From an uncultured bacterium (lineage in GTDB: Bacteria; Margulisbacteria; WOR-1; CAVSGV01): DNA of 32,000 nucleotides. The stretch spans positions 540,001 to 572,000 of the forward strand of contig OY969425.1 in the NCBI GenBank assembly GCA_963699255.1, read 5' to 3'. The position numbers were made by a program, and so were the translations under genes. Shown here one piece after another: positions 18,816 through 28,900 of this stretch. Position 1 is the first letter of the stretch. Every line of letters begins with the position of its first letter. The notes below the pieces were generated by a model. The model did not search any database. It was given only the letters and a program-made list of their open reading frames with translations, and was not told the origin of the DNA.

Positions 18816-21250
18816 CTACCTCGCTTCCCAGGTGAAAGGATAATTCGTGTTCCTCATCAGGAAATATCCCGCATCCGGGGTCATTTCCCATGTGGCCACC
18901 CCGCCGGTATCCTGATCGAACCATTGATTAGAAACAACGACGGTGGCCAACTTGTAATTGTTCGTTCCGGGAATGATCCTGTATATCTTGTCCCCTGATG
19001 CGGCTCCCTGCAGTATCAGAGTTGACTGGTCAAGTGTCTTTGATATTTGCTGGCCTGTGGATATCATGTTCCACCCGGGAACGATCGTTGTGGGACCCGC
19101 AAAGAGCACTCCTCCGATCCCGCCTCCAGGTAAGGCGGCGGTGGAATCGTACGCGGACGGATAATTATACGCGTCATCATTGGACCAGATACGGTAGTAA
19201 TAGGTCTCCGATGAAGACAGCCCGGTATCCTGGAAGTACTCCAGAGGACCTGAATAGATCACGACTTCCTGGGAAATCCCGGAACCTCCGACGGGGGGAG
19301 TAAATGTGGTATAGGGGTTACCCGTCAGCGGAAAATCCGATGGATTGTAAACAAATTCGCTTGTGCCGATCTTTCTTAAGATGACCACACCCAGAAAATC
19401 CGAGTCGGTCGGGTTGGTCCAATTCAGATCAACGCTCGTGCTGCTGCTTGGCAGGGCGTAGAAATACTTCACCGGAGCCGGCGCTGTTGTATCATAGCCT
19501 GCCTGCACGCCAGAAGAATACCGCCTGTGGTTAATATCCGCCGCCTTATTATATGTATATACAGTAACGTGATAATCGTTAGCAACATCGTCCAGAGGGT
19601 TCGGGCAGGCCACATTATCAAAAGTATAGGTCGTAGGATCTGTGGCAGAAGATTCATGGAACGCATATACATCTCCCGGGTTTGATGAATAGCCGTGTTT
19701 TTTTACAGCTATCCTAACTCCGTCAAAGTAGCTCTCGCCGGGGTTAGTCCAGGTGACGGTAATGCCGTTCGTATTCTTGAACGAGGTCACGGATGGCACG
19801 TTGGAAGGAGAGACGCCGGGTGTCGCAACAATAGTTAATGTAGAACTGTAGTTCCTGCCCTGCTGGCCTATCCCCGCGGAACCATCGTAGTCCTCAGCCA
19901 GGTCATAAGCCGTTATATTATAATAATATGGGACGCCGTTCTGAAGGTCAGTCGATCCATCTTTCAGCTTGGTCCTTACGAGCTGAGCTACGCTTTCCTT
20001 CGAGACCACTTTCCCATTGTTAAAAGAATACCCGTCCGGATAGTCCGTACCATTGTTATCTCCTGACGCAGATTGGAATGTGAACGGGGTCCACGGATCG
20101 GTATCGCTGCCGATGACCAGATACCCTGCCAAGTCGCTCGCGGAGGAAGGATCCCATTTCAGCGTTACCTGCTTATCACCCGGAACGTATCCCGTAAAAG
20201 AGCTTGTCGGCCCCTGCCATGTAGTTCCGTTATCGGTGGTCCAGTACATTGCCGGGGCTCCTCCCTGGAGCGACGAGGTCGGCGCGTCCGGAGCGACATA
20301 GTCGTGGGATTTCACAGTAACGGCCTGGGAATTGTTGTCTTCATTAGGAGTGACACAGTTATCAAGGGCATGCAGCATATATGTGTAGGTATAATTATGC
20401 GGCGGGCAGCAATCGTACGGCTCATTGCCTTCATATTGCCCGTTGGAATTGCCGTCATCATAGTTCGTCGCTCCCGGAGAAGATGTTTCCAGGGTTGTAT
20501 AACTGCTTTCATCGTTGTTCCTCTTGCGAAGGACTTTGAACCTTAAATTGTGCGGATCATAGGTCGTTGCAGTAATGCCATATGGGGTGACATCCGTTGC
20601 CTGGGTATTGTCCCATGTTACCTGCAGCATATTGCCGGTATCAGGATTAGGAGGCGTGACCGGATTGCTTTTTGAGTTTATCCCTACATTGGAACCCCAG
20701 GTCGGAGGAGCACTTTGTGTAATGGTTATAGTTCTGGCCGGCGTTGATCCCGTAACATCTACTCCCGCTCCGGGGGTTCTTAAAAGTTTAATGCCTGCGG
20801 TATACCAATTGAAAGAGTCGTTGGACCCGAGCTGAGCCGTAGGCGATACCAGAAATTGCAGATCATACAGGGAAACAGTTCCTGTACCGGTCGTCCAATA
20901 CTTGGCTTGCGTAGTATCCCTTGTGTATATAATGTGGCACGGAGGAGTAGTATCTGCGGATAAATTCTATCAACGCCTTCCAGAACGGTCGTCGGTATTT
21001 CATTTGACATGGTGGGCACGCCAAGGTTAGCGAAACCATCATAATTATTATATTGCAGATGGGCGTCGAAACCCAGGATCTGATAGCTTGTGCCGGTGAC
21101 ATAGTTTATCCTTAGCGGGCGATAGCTGTTCTGCTCCCAGGTATAATTTGAAGAATCGATGGACACATCCGCATACGCGAAACCCGCAGCGCCGAATAAG
21201 AACACAAGCAGGACTCCGATCACCTTCCATTTTTTCATTTTATTCTTCAT
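18816..21250 (-). pseudogene. Type B secreted protein (cohesin-like N-terminus, Fn3-like modules, conserved C-terminus), split by a frame break near 20958-20970 into ORFs 20780..21283 and 18816..20630
   Basis: Start ATG 21250 (MKNKMKKWKVIGVLLVFLFGAAGFAYA) preceded by AAGGAGG. VSIDSSNYTWEQNSYRPLRINYVTGTSYQILGFDAHLQYNN...EGVDR in one frame continues as NLSADTTPPCHIIYTRDTTQAKYWTTGTGTVSLYDLQFLVSPTAQ in another, then into the 18816..20630 frame. Confidence 0.72.
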
Positions 21251-21266
21251 TCTTAACTCCTCCTTT

Positions 21267-21467
21267 TTATGGGACTGGGGCATAACTGTTCACCCCGTTA
21301 TTACTAAGCCAGATGCCGAAATCATCGATGCGGATCAGGCCGTCGCCGTTAAAATCCGCTCTCGGGTCGAATCCGGACTCACCGGCATTCAAGCCGTTCG
21401 CTGCCAGCCAGATGCCGAAATCGTCGATGCGGATATATGGGTCGCCATTCGCGTTCCCGCCGCGCAT
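21267..21467 (-). other. Dockerin-like duplicated calcium-loop region at the C-terminus
   Basis: MRGGNANGDPYIRIDDFGIWLAANGLNAGESGFDPRADFNGDGLIRIDDFGIWLSNNGVNSYAPVP; second loop DFNGDGLIRIDD is canonical for type I dockerin/EF-hand-like loops. Confidence 0.8.
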
Positions 21468-24218
21468 GCTGAGCTTTCCGTCCGTTTCCGTCCACTCCGC
21501 GCTTGGTGACGCGGTCGGAGTATATGCCGGATCGGTCCCGTCAGCCAGGTCCACAATGACCGGCCCGGACCCAAAGTTCTTTGTGCTGTTGGTTATTACG
21601 GACAGGTGGTTCGACTCGAAAGAAATGCCCGCATGTTGAACTTCAACATAGAAGCTCCCTGCCGGGACATTTATATCCGCGGTGCCGGTGCCTGTCGCAT
21701 CCAGGATGATCTCCTGAGAACCTGCGATGGTGTGAGCGGTGCCTGGATCACTGCCCTGCCGCAGCTGCACTTCTACGGTCGCCGGGGACTCCTGCGTGCC
21801 GCTGATCGCATTATAATATCCCTGCAAGTATACTTTAACGGTAACGTTGGTGGCGGGCGGGACCTCGGATGTCGTCGTAAATGACCAGGTATAAGGATAG
21901 GCCATTGGATTTCCGGCTTTATCCTGCACTCCGGTATCCACAGTGCAGGTCACGGTCTCACTTGTGGCGAATTCCCCCGCCTGATTGAACGTTACGGTCT
22001 GGGTACTGTCATTATAAGAAAGGTTCGTCGTTTCATGGGAACCGGATTTACTCCCCGTTACCTCAAAGTATTCAAATGTGACAGTGCTTTCTGTTAAGCC
22101 TTTGTTAAATGTCGCCATGATATTCGGGAACAGGAACACGCCGGTGGCATTGCTCTCCGGAGTGACCAAACTCACCGCAAGAGGAACAGTATCTATATTG
22201 ACCTCCCAGCTGGAAGAAGAACTGACATTGCCTGCAAGATCCACGGCATTAACCTCCCAGGTGTGAACGCCGCTACTTAAGGGAGCTACCGGTTCAGCTG
22301 AAGTCATCGTGGACGGGACAACTTCATTAGTGACGCCGTCTATCCACAGCTCATATTTCGCCAGGCCGGACGGCGCATCATTAGCGCCGATCCATTCAAA
22401 AGTAGGCGTTTGTGTGTTCATCCAGGTACCCGGAAGAGGGCTTTGCAGGATCGGTAAAGTAGGCGGAGTCATATCCACGCCAACATCCATAGAGGATTCA
22501 GCGTTTCCGCCAAAGCTCTCCCAGCTGCCCGTATGACCGGCGGCATCTCTTACCCTTACCTGCCAGTGATATGGCCATTCAGCTAAGTTCTCAAGAGTTA
22601 TTATGCCGGTCACAGGTGAGACGGAATAAGGGACCCCTTCGCCGGTGGCTGTGACCCTGCCGTTAAAATCCGTCCCTACCGGTTCTATTTCCACCTCAGG
22701 AGATAAAATAGAAGCGATAGGAGAAGTCATGCTCATACTGATCTCCACTGTAGACTCGTTTATCCATTCTCCGGTAGCGATCGCGGTTATCCCGTCCGAT
22801 CTGAATTGATCAAGCTCTGCGGGAAGGTTCGGAACAGGAGGCGACAAAGCTTCGGTAGTAAAGGAGGCGACACTGCTGAATTCGCTGGTACCGTTAATAT
22901 TCACGGCCGCGACTTTCCAGAAGTATTCCGTGGCCGGATTAAGCATTGTAAATGTATAAGCCGCTTCGTCCGTGGTGACCAACGCGTCCGTGACAGATTC
23001 CTGCGTCCCGTAACGTATGACATAAGATCCCGCGCCGCTCACCGCCTCCCATGTGCCGTAAGCGTCATCGGTCGTGATATTCGAGATGACCAGGCCTTCC
23101 GGGGTCCCGGGCAGGGCATCGGAATCCGCGGATGAAACATACGTCGTTAAAACATTGTCCCCGTTATAGGCATATATAAAGTAAACATTATTGGCATCGG
23201 GATCGGCATCAACGGTCGTTATCGCTGTCCCCGTATAGATCGGTGTCGCTCCCGGACTGTTCGCGGGATAATTGCGGTATACCTCGAATCCTGTCTGAGC
23301 TCCGCCGGATTCCCAGGAAATAACACAACTATAACCAGGAACATTCACACCCAGGACAGATGGAGGATTTACAGGAGCATTCGCCAGGGTATATCTCGAT
23401 TCAGCGGTCGCCGGATCGCTATAGCCGGATATATTATATGCGCTGACCCTGAACCAGTACGCCTCGTCTGTGGCTAATCCATCGGCCTCATATGAAGTGA
23501 CATTGGCATCAACCGTGGCCGTAACTATATCCGTCCAGGTTTCAGATGTGGACATCTCGATCCTGAAGCCCTGCTCGTTATTTGAATTATCCTGCCAGGT
23601 AAGCTCCATGGAAGCGGTGCCCAGTACTTCCAGCGTGGCATTGCTTGGAGCTAAAGGAGCATAAAGAGCCGCTAATTCTGTTGAAGCATAAAAAGTCGGG
23701 ACAGACCAAAATTGTGGCATCGGCGGCACGCCCGCATCAAGTGTTGTGGAAAGCTGGGAATTGCCGTAATAGGTGGATGATTCGACACTGGGGCCGTTCC
23801 ATGCCCTCACATAAATTCGGCTATAATCGATCAGCGACTGTCCGCCGGCGAATGCTTTTGTAAAAGCGCCGGGCCCCATGACAAAAGGTGGATCGCCAAG
23901 TCCGCCCTGCCCCACAACTCCCGTCCAGATCAAGGAATCTCCGCCTGTGGCTTCGCCGGTCGGGCCGGGCGCATGTATAGCTTCATCTGACGCGTAAATG
24001 ATCTGGATGACTTCTCCCGTAGGCATCTTGGCGCCGTTATGGTCATATATGATCTGGCTGGTCCCGTCCATTTGAACGTTGACCGTGACCGCAGATGCCG
24101 GAAGCATGGATCCAGATGACAGGATCCATGATACGAACAGAATCCCAATAGCCAGCTTCCAGACCGTGGATCCGTATCTGGCGATCATTTTATGATATGG
24201 CAACCATAGATCTGCCAA
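21267..24218 (-). CDS. Secreted type A protein: conserved N-terminal domain, Fn3 modules, Ig-like domains, C-terminal dockerin-like region; 983 aa
   Basis: VTVNVQMDGTSQIIYDHNGAKMPTGEVIQIIYASDEAIHAPGPTGEATGGDSLIWTGVVGQG...VRAWNGPSVESSTYYGNSQLSTTLDAGVPPMPQFWSVPTF; several Fn3 repeats (SNATLEVLGTASMELTWQDNSNNEQGFRIE...); TPTFEWIGANDAPSGLAKYELWIDG; big-Ig TPESNATGVFLFPNIMATFNKGL. TTG start at 24218 with AAGGAG RBS. Confidence 0.85.
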   Translation of the reverse strand: MADLWLPYHKMIARYGSTVWKLAIGILFVSWILSSGSMLPASAVTVNVQMDGTSQIIYDHNGAKMPTGEVIQIIYASDEAIHAPGPTGEATGGDSLIWTGVVGQGGLGDPPFVMGPGAFTKAFAGGQSLIDYSRIYVRAWNGPSVESSTYYGNSQLSTTLDAGVPPMPQFWSVPTFYASTELAALYAPLAPSNATLEVLGTASMELTWQDNSNNEQGFRIEMSTSETWTDIVTATVDANVTSYEADGLATDEAYWFRVSAYNISGYSDPATAESRYTLANAPVNPPSVLGVNVPGYSCVISWESGGAQTGFEVYRNYPANSPGATPIYTGTAITTVDADPDANNVYFIYAYNGDNVLTTYVSSADSDALPGTPEGLVISNITTDDAYGTWEAVSGAGSYVIRYGTQESVTDALVTTDEAAYTFTMLNPATEYFWKVAAVNINGTSEFSSVASFTTEALSPPVPNLPAELDQFRSDGITAIATGEWINESTVEISMSMTSPIASILSPEVEIEPVGTDFNGRVTATGEGVPYSVSPVTGIITLENLAEWPYHWQVRVRDAAGHTGSWESFGGNAESSMDVGVDMTPPTLPILQSPLPGTWMNTQTPTFEWIGANDAPSGLAKYELWIDGVTNEVVPSTMTSAEPVAPLSSGVHTWEVNAVDLAGNVSSSSSWEVNIDTVPLAVSLVTPESNATGVFLFPNIMATFNKGLTESTVTFEYFEVTGSKSGSHETTNLSYNDSTQTVTFNQAGEFATSETVTCTVDTGVQDKAGNPMAYPYTWSFTTTSEVPPATNVTVKVYLQGYYNAISGTQESPATVEVQLRQGSDPGTAHTIAGSQEIILDATGTGTADINVPAGSFYVEVQHAGISFESNHLSVITNSTKNFGSGPVIVDLADGTDPAYTPTASPSAEWTETDGKLSMRGGNANGDPYIRIDDFGIWLAANGLNAGESGFDPRADFNGDGLIRIDDFGIWLSNNGVNSYAPVP

Positions 24219-24296
24219 AATTAGCTCCTTGTTATATTATACTACTTCAATGAACCTCTTACCATTGTTATATTACATCGCTTCCCTTGTTATCAT

Positions 24297-25862
24297 TTAA
24301 GGTTTAGGCCTTACCCCCCACATCAACGAACTCGGCTTTCTTCTCATATAGAAATATCCTTTGTCAGGCTCTATCCCCCAGGTTGGCGCAGACCCCGTAT
24401 TTGGATCGATCCAGACGCCAGATAAAGACAGGTATGCTTCTTTAAAATTTGTTGTTCCCGGTTCGTACTGGTAGATCACGTCCGCCGTACCCGCGTCCCC
24501 CGTCGCGGCCCCTGATTCAAAAAGATTTGAATTATCCAGCGCCATCGGCTCCGCCTGCCCGGCGGCGATCAAGCTGAACCCGGATTCCATTGTCGACGGC
24601 CCCGTAAATCCTCCCGCCATTCCGAACTGCAAATCCGTGATGTTGGATATTGCCGACCAGTTGGGCGTTGTATCCTTTGACTTTACCGCAAAGGATCTGA
24701 TCCCGGCCGGCAGCCCCGCGATCGTAACTTCCTGTGTTAAACCCCAGTGCAGCGGCGTCGGCGTCGAGTAAGAAGGGTCTACGGATGTCGCCAGATACCA
24801 GTCCACGAACCCTTCAAGCGTCGATGACAGGATCGGCTCCGGGCTGTACCTTATATCATACCCCGTAACAGTGGCCGGCGCGCCCAGTCTATCCGTGTCG
24901 TACGGCGCTGTCCATTCCAGCGTCACCGTGTATGATCCCGCGCTCCCTCCCGAATCCTTTATCCTGAGGTCCGTTATCGTCTGCGGCGGCGTAAGATCAG
25001 GCTTGCGCTGCGTATGGAATGGTACAGCTGCGCTCCAGCCGCTTGGTCCAAATGAATTTACCGCCTGTACCCTTACCGAATAATCCGTATCGTCGGACAG
25101 CCCTGACATATCTATCGACTTCAAGTCCGTCGAGTTCGGTGATGGATACCGCTGAGCATTATTATATAGAGGAGGGGACGTCGATACCGGTCCGCTCCCT
25201 GATTCCCAGCTTATCTCATAGTATCTCGCTCCAAATGACGCGTCAAATGTTGCCGTAGCTGTGTTATATAATATTGACCCTACTCCCAAATTCGTCGGCG
25301 TGTCCGGCGCGGTCTTTGAGAACATCACCTGAAAGGTTGGAAGACTTACCTCGCTGGGTGCTGAAGGTGGAGAGCCTGGCATCGCCGTAAATATCTGTGA
25401 CTCCCCGAACTTTGCATCGCCTAAGCCAGGGTCTTTGTTCCACGCGCGCACATAAAAGGAATTCACGTTCGTTGTTATCGTCGAGAGGTCGGTATAGAAC
25501 TCCCCGGCCATATTAGAAAATCCGTGGTGCTTATTGTCATCTCCAACAGTATATGATTTGACCAGACTCTCTCCTGCGCCAGTATCAACATTCCCGTTGC
25601 TCAGCGGCCCTACTATGAAGTTGCCAGACGCGTTAATATACTGCACCGGACTCCCTACCGCCAGTGGCGCACCGGTATCATCTTCCACCGTTCCGAACGT
25701 GGTAAAATTCAATGGAGGCCCGGAATACGCCGGCAGATCCGGCACGCAGCCCGCAAGCACCGAATAAACCGTGCAATACGCCCCGCTCACGCCACCTCCC
25801 ATTATCATGATCAGCATAAAGATCAATATCTTAAGCTTCCTTTTCATTTTATTTTTTCCCAT
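24297..25862 (-). CDS. Secreted hybrid protein: type A-like N-terminal elements, Fn3 modules, type B C-terminal domain; 521 aa
   Basis: Leader MKRKLKILIFMLIMIMGGGVSGAYC; SFYVRAWNKDPGLGDAKFGESQIFTAMPGSPPSAP..VSLPTF (type A-like); TLEWTAPYDTDRLGAPATVTGYDIRYS...; tail GFSLIAAGQAEPMALDNSNLFESG...GYFYMRRKPSSLMWGVRPKP (type B-like). GAGGAGGAG RBS. Confidence 0.82.
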   Translation of the reverse strand: MGKNKMKRKLKILIFMLIMIMGGGVSGAYCTVYSVLAGCVPDLPAYSGPPLNFTTFGTVEDDTGAPLAVGSPVQYINASGNFIVGPLSNGNVDTGAGESLVKSYTVGDDNKHHGFSNMAGEFYTDLSTITTNVNSFYVRAWNKDPGLGDAKFGESQIFTAMPGSPPSAPSEVSLPTFQVMFSKTAPDTPTNLGVGSILYNTATATFDASFGARYYEISWESGSGPVSTSPPLYNNAQRYPSPNSTDLKSIDMSGLSDDTDYSVRVQAVNSFGPSGWSAAVPFHTQRKPDLTPPQTITDLRIKDSGGSAGSYTVTLEWTAPYDTDRLGAPATVTGYDIRYSPEPILSSTLEGFVDWYLATSVDPSYSTPTPLHWGLTQEVTIAGLPAGIRSFAVKSKDTTPNWSAISNITDLQFGMAGGFTGPSTMESGFSLIAAGQAEPMALDNSNLFESGAATGDAGTADVIYQYEPGTTNFKEAYLSLSGVWIDPNTGSAPTWGIEPDKGYFYMRRKPSSLMWGVRPKP

Positions 25863-25921
25863 CTCTTCTCCTCCTCAGGTGTGAAGTATATTTAATATTA
25901 CTTCACACTAAACAATTACAT

Positions 25922-28900
25922 TCAGGGTTTCGGGTAATCCCAGGTCACATTTCCCGAACTGTTCTTTATGACCCAGTATCCTTTTCCGGCCTCAAATGAA
26001 GGCACAGATCCTGTCCATGTTGCTCCGTTATATGTCTCCACATTCCACCCGTTATTGTAGCCCCAGACCACGTCGGAAGAGGTTACATAATCCCCCAAAT
26101 GCGTCTGTGCCATGGTTTGCGTGGAATTAAATGCCGTTCCTACCAGATTGAAACCCGGATTGATACTCTGGCCCTCCAGAGTTATATAGCGATCCGTTTG
26201 TGATAAATTACCGGTCACCTCTAATGTGACCGCATTGCCCAAAAGTATCCAGTAGCCTTTATCCGCCTCGATCGAAGGTACAGATCCTGTCCATGTTGTT
26301 CCGTTGTATGTCTCTACATCCCACCCGCCAGCCGGCGAATAGGAATATACTGTGGCTGTCTGTCCGGCCAGTTGATTTCCTATCACACTGTTTATGGAAG
26401 TATCCTGCGGGATCACCGGCAGTGAGATCAAATTCCAACTCGCGACCAGAGGTATCTTTGCCCCCGGCGGCGTTATCGTGAGACTGAACTGCTTGTCATA
26501 TACCGCCGCCTGGCTGTCCGTCACCTCCACAGTGAACGTCCTGGTCTCAAATGTAGCGGGCGTTCCGTGCAGCAAGCCGTTTGTTTCCAGCGTTATTAAC
26601 TGAGGCGGGCTCCCGCCTTTCAATGACCACGTATACGGTGTTTCTCCGCCCGTCGCGGCGAACTGCAGGCTATATGCGGAACCCTGCATGCCGTCAGGCA
26701 GAGGTGACGCGGTCGTGATGAGCAGCGGATTTATCGCCGCTGCAGTATATCCCGTGTAATGGTATCCCATGTCAACGGTATTTGAATCCCCGTGTATGCC
26801 GTCCGGATTGGTGCCGTACCCTTCTTTTGAACTAAGGCCGAGCATATGGGCATCGCCGCTTCCTCTATCTATGCACTCCGACGTAATGAGCAGATGCACA
26901 TCTCCCGCCGGCCCGTTCACGAACAGCGGCTCCGAGCTGATGTTGCCGGTACCAGGATATACAGTGTCCCTCTGTACGCAGGAGTAGGTCACCGTCGGCG
27001 TTGAGCTGGTGCTTGCGATGTTCAGCGGCGAATTCCCGTATACGATGGTGTTCGTAATGACCGGCGATGAGGAGTTATAGTTGAATATCCCGCCGCCCGT
27101 GCTCGCCGTGTTCGCCGTGAAAGTGCAGTTCTTCACCTCCGGCGATGACGTAAAGTTGAACATGCCGCCGCCGAAGTTCGGTGTGGTGTTACCTGTGAAC
27201 TTGCAGTTCGTTACCACCGGATCCGCGGAGAAATAATTCAGGATGCCGCCGCCCTGTTTCGCGCTGTTCGATGTGAACACGCAGTTATTTATGGTCGCGG
27301 AGGTCTGGACGTTGCATATGCCGCCGCCGTAATTATTGTTCGCGCTGTTAGACTCAAAGGTGCAGTACTTGATGACCGGCGAAGAGGATATGTAGTTGCA
27401 AATACCGCCGCCGTAATTATTGACCGCGATGTTCAGAGAGAACGCGCAGTTCGATACCGTCATTGATGAGTGGTCGCCATAGATGCCGCCGCCGGATATG
27501 TTGGCGCGGTTCGACGAGAACACGCAGTTGTTTATGAGAGGATTGGAATTATTGAGAAGATACATCCCGCCGCCGTAGCCGCTCCCCCCGGACGCGTATC
27601 CGTTAGTTATCGTGAAGTTCTCGATCGTTGTGGCCGAGGTCAGCGTTGAGCCGCTCATGCAGCGCACGGCGCCCTCTCCGGATATTATCGTGGTAGTGCG
27701 GTCTACTGTCGGGCTCCAGCCGCCATCATAACCGCCGTGCAAATACACTCCCGGCTTGAGTATTATCGAAGCGGCCAATCTGTATGTCCCCTGCTGTACT
27801 CGTATCTCATCTCCGCTCTCCGCTGAGATTTCCGCTGAGTTTATAGTCTTGAAAGGATGCGGCTGGGACCCGTCCTGGAAACCGGAAGCGGAATCGCTTA
27901 CATACCAGACGCCGAGGGTGGATAATGTCTCCGCTGAAACCACACCGCTTGCATCGGTGGTTATCTGATCGCCGTTATATGCTCTCACTATGTACCAGTA
28001 TGTGGTGCTCAGCGGCAGGCCGGTATCGGTGTATTCCGTAGTTGTCACATTGTCTTCCCATGTGGCGATATATGTCCATGGCCCCGCCGCCTGGCTGGCC
28101 CTTTCTACAGCATACCTCGTTCCGTCGCCGCTCCAGAACAGCCTTATAGTTGCGCCGGTCACTTTCACGACCGCCAGGCTCTCCGGTGTATCAGCCAGGG
28201 TGAATACAGAGAAGTCCAGTGACGGCACCATATTCCCTCCGCCGTTATACGCCACGACATGGCGGGTATACTGCGTGTTGGCAAGCAGGCCGACCTCTGT
28301 TGTGCCCAGATCCCCGGCCGTCGCGGACCCGACCACATTATCAGAGGTGTCCTGCAAATAATATCCGTCAGCATCTGTCACATCGTTCCATGACCATATT
28401 ATAGAGCTCGTCGATTCTGCCGTGCCGGTGAGGACGGAAGGCGTCAGAGGATGCGTTTCAAACGATACTATTTCGCTATACTCTCCGTAGCCGCTCGAAT
28501 TTCCGGCTGAGACCTGCCAGTAGTATGTAGTGGCTGGAATAAGGTCCGTCCAGGTATATGATGTCTCCGTTGTCGTTATTGTTCCCAGGTTGGCCGCCGC
28601 CTGGTCCGTACCATAGCTTATCGTAAATGAATGAGCATCACTCTCCCACGTCCCGTAGGCGTCATTGGTCGTGATATTCGAGGTAAACAATCCCTCGGGG
28701 CTTGCCGGCGGCGTTAACCCCAATGATGAAATAGATGCGGGGGTTAATACATTATCACCATTATAGGCGTATATATAATATGTATAGGTGGTATCGGGGA
28801 TCAGGCCGCCGTCCACAGTTGAGGTGCCGGTCCCGTCATAGACCAAACTGCCAACGCCCTCGATCCCATCGCGGTATACCCTGTAGCCGGACTGTGCTCC

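Noticed and set aside
20950-20975. Programmed ribosomal frameshifting as the explanation for the frame breaks
   Set aside because: No X XXY YYZ slippery heptamer with a downstream structure was evident at the junctions I inspected; mutation, phase variation or sequencing error is more likely.
12105-25862. Calling the cluster a cellulosome
   Set aside because: No glycoside hydrolases, carbohydrate-binding modules or multi-cohesin scaffoldins were recognised; only single cohesin-like and dockerin-like modules.
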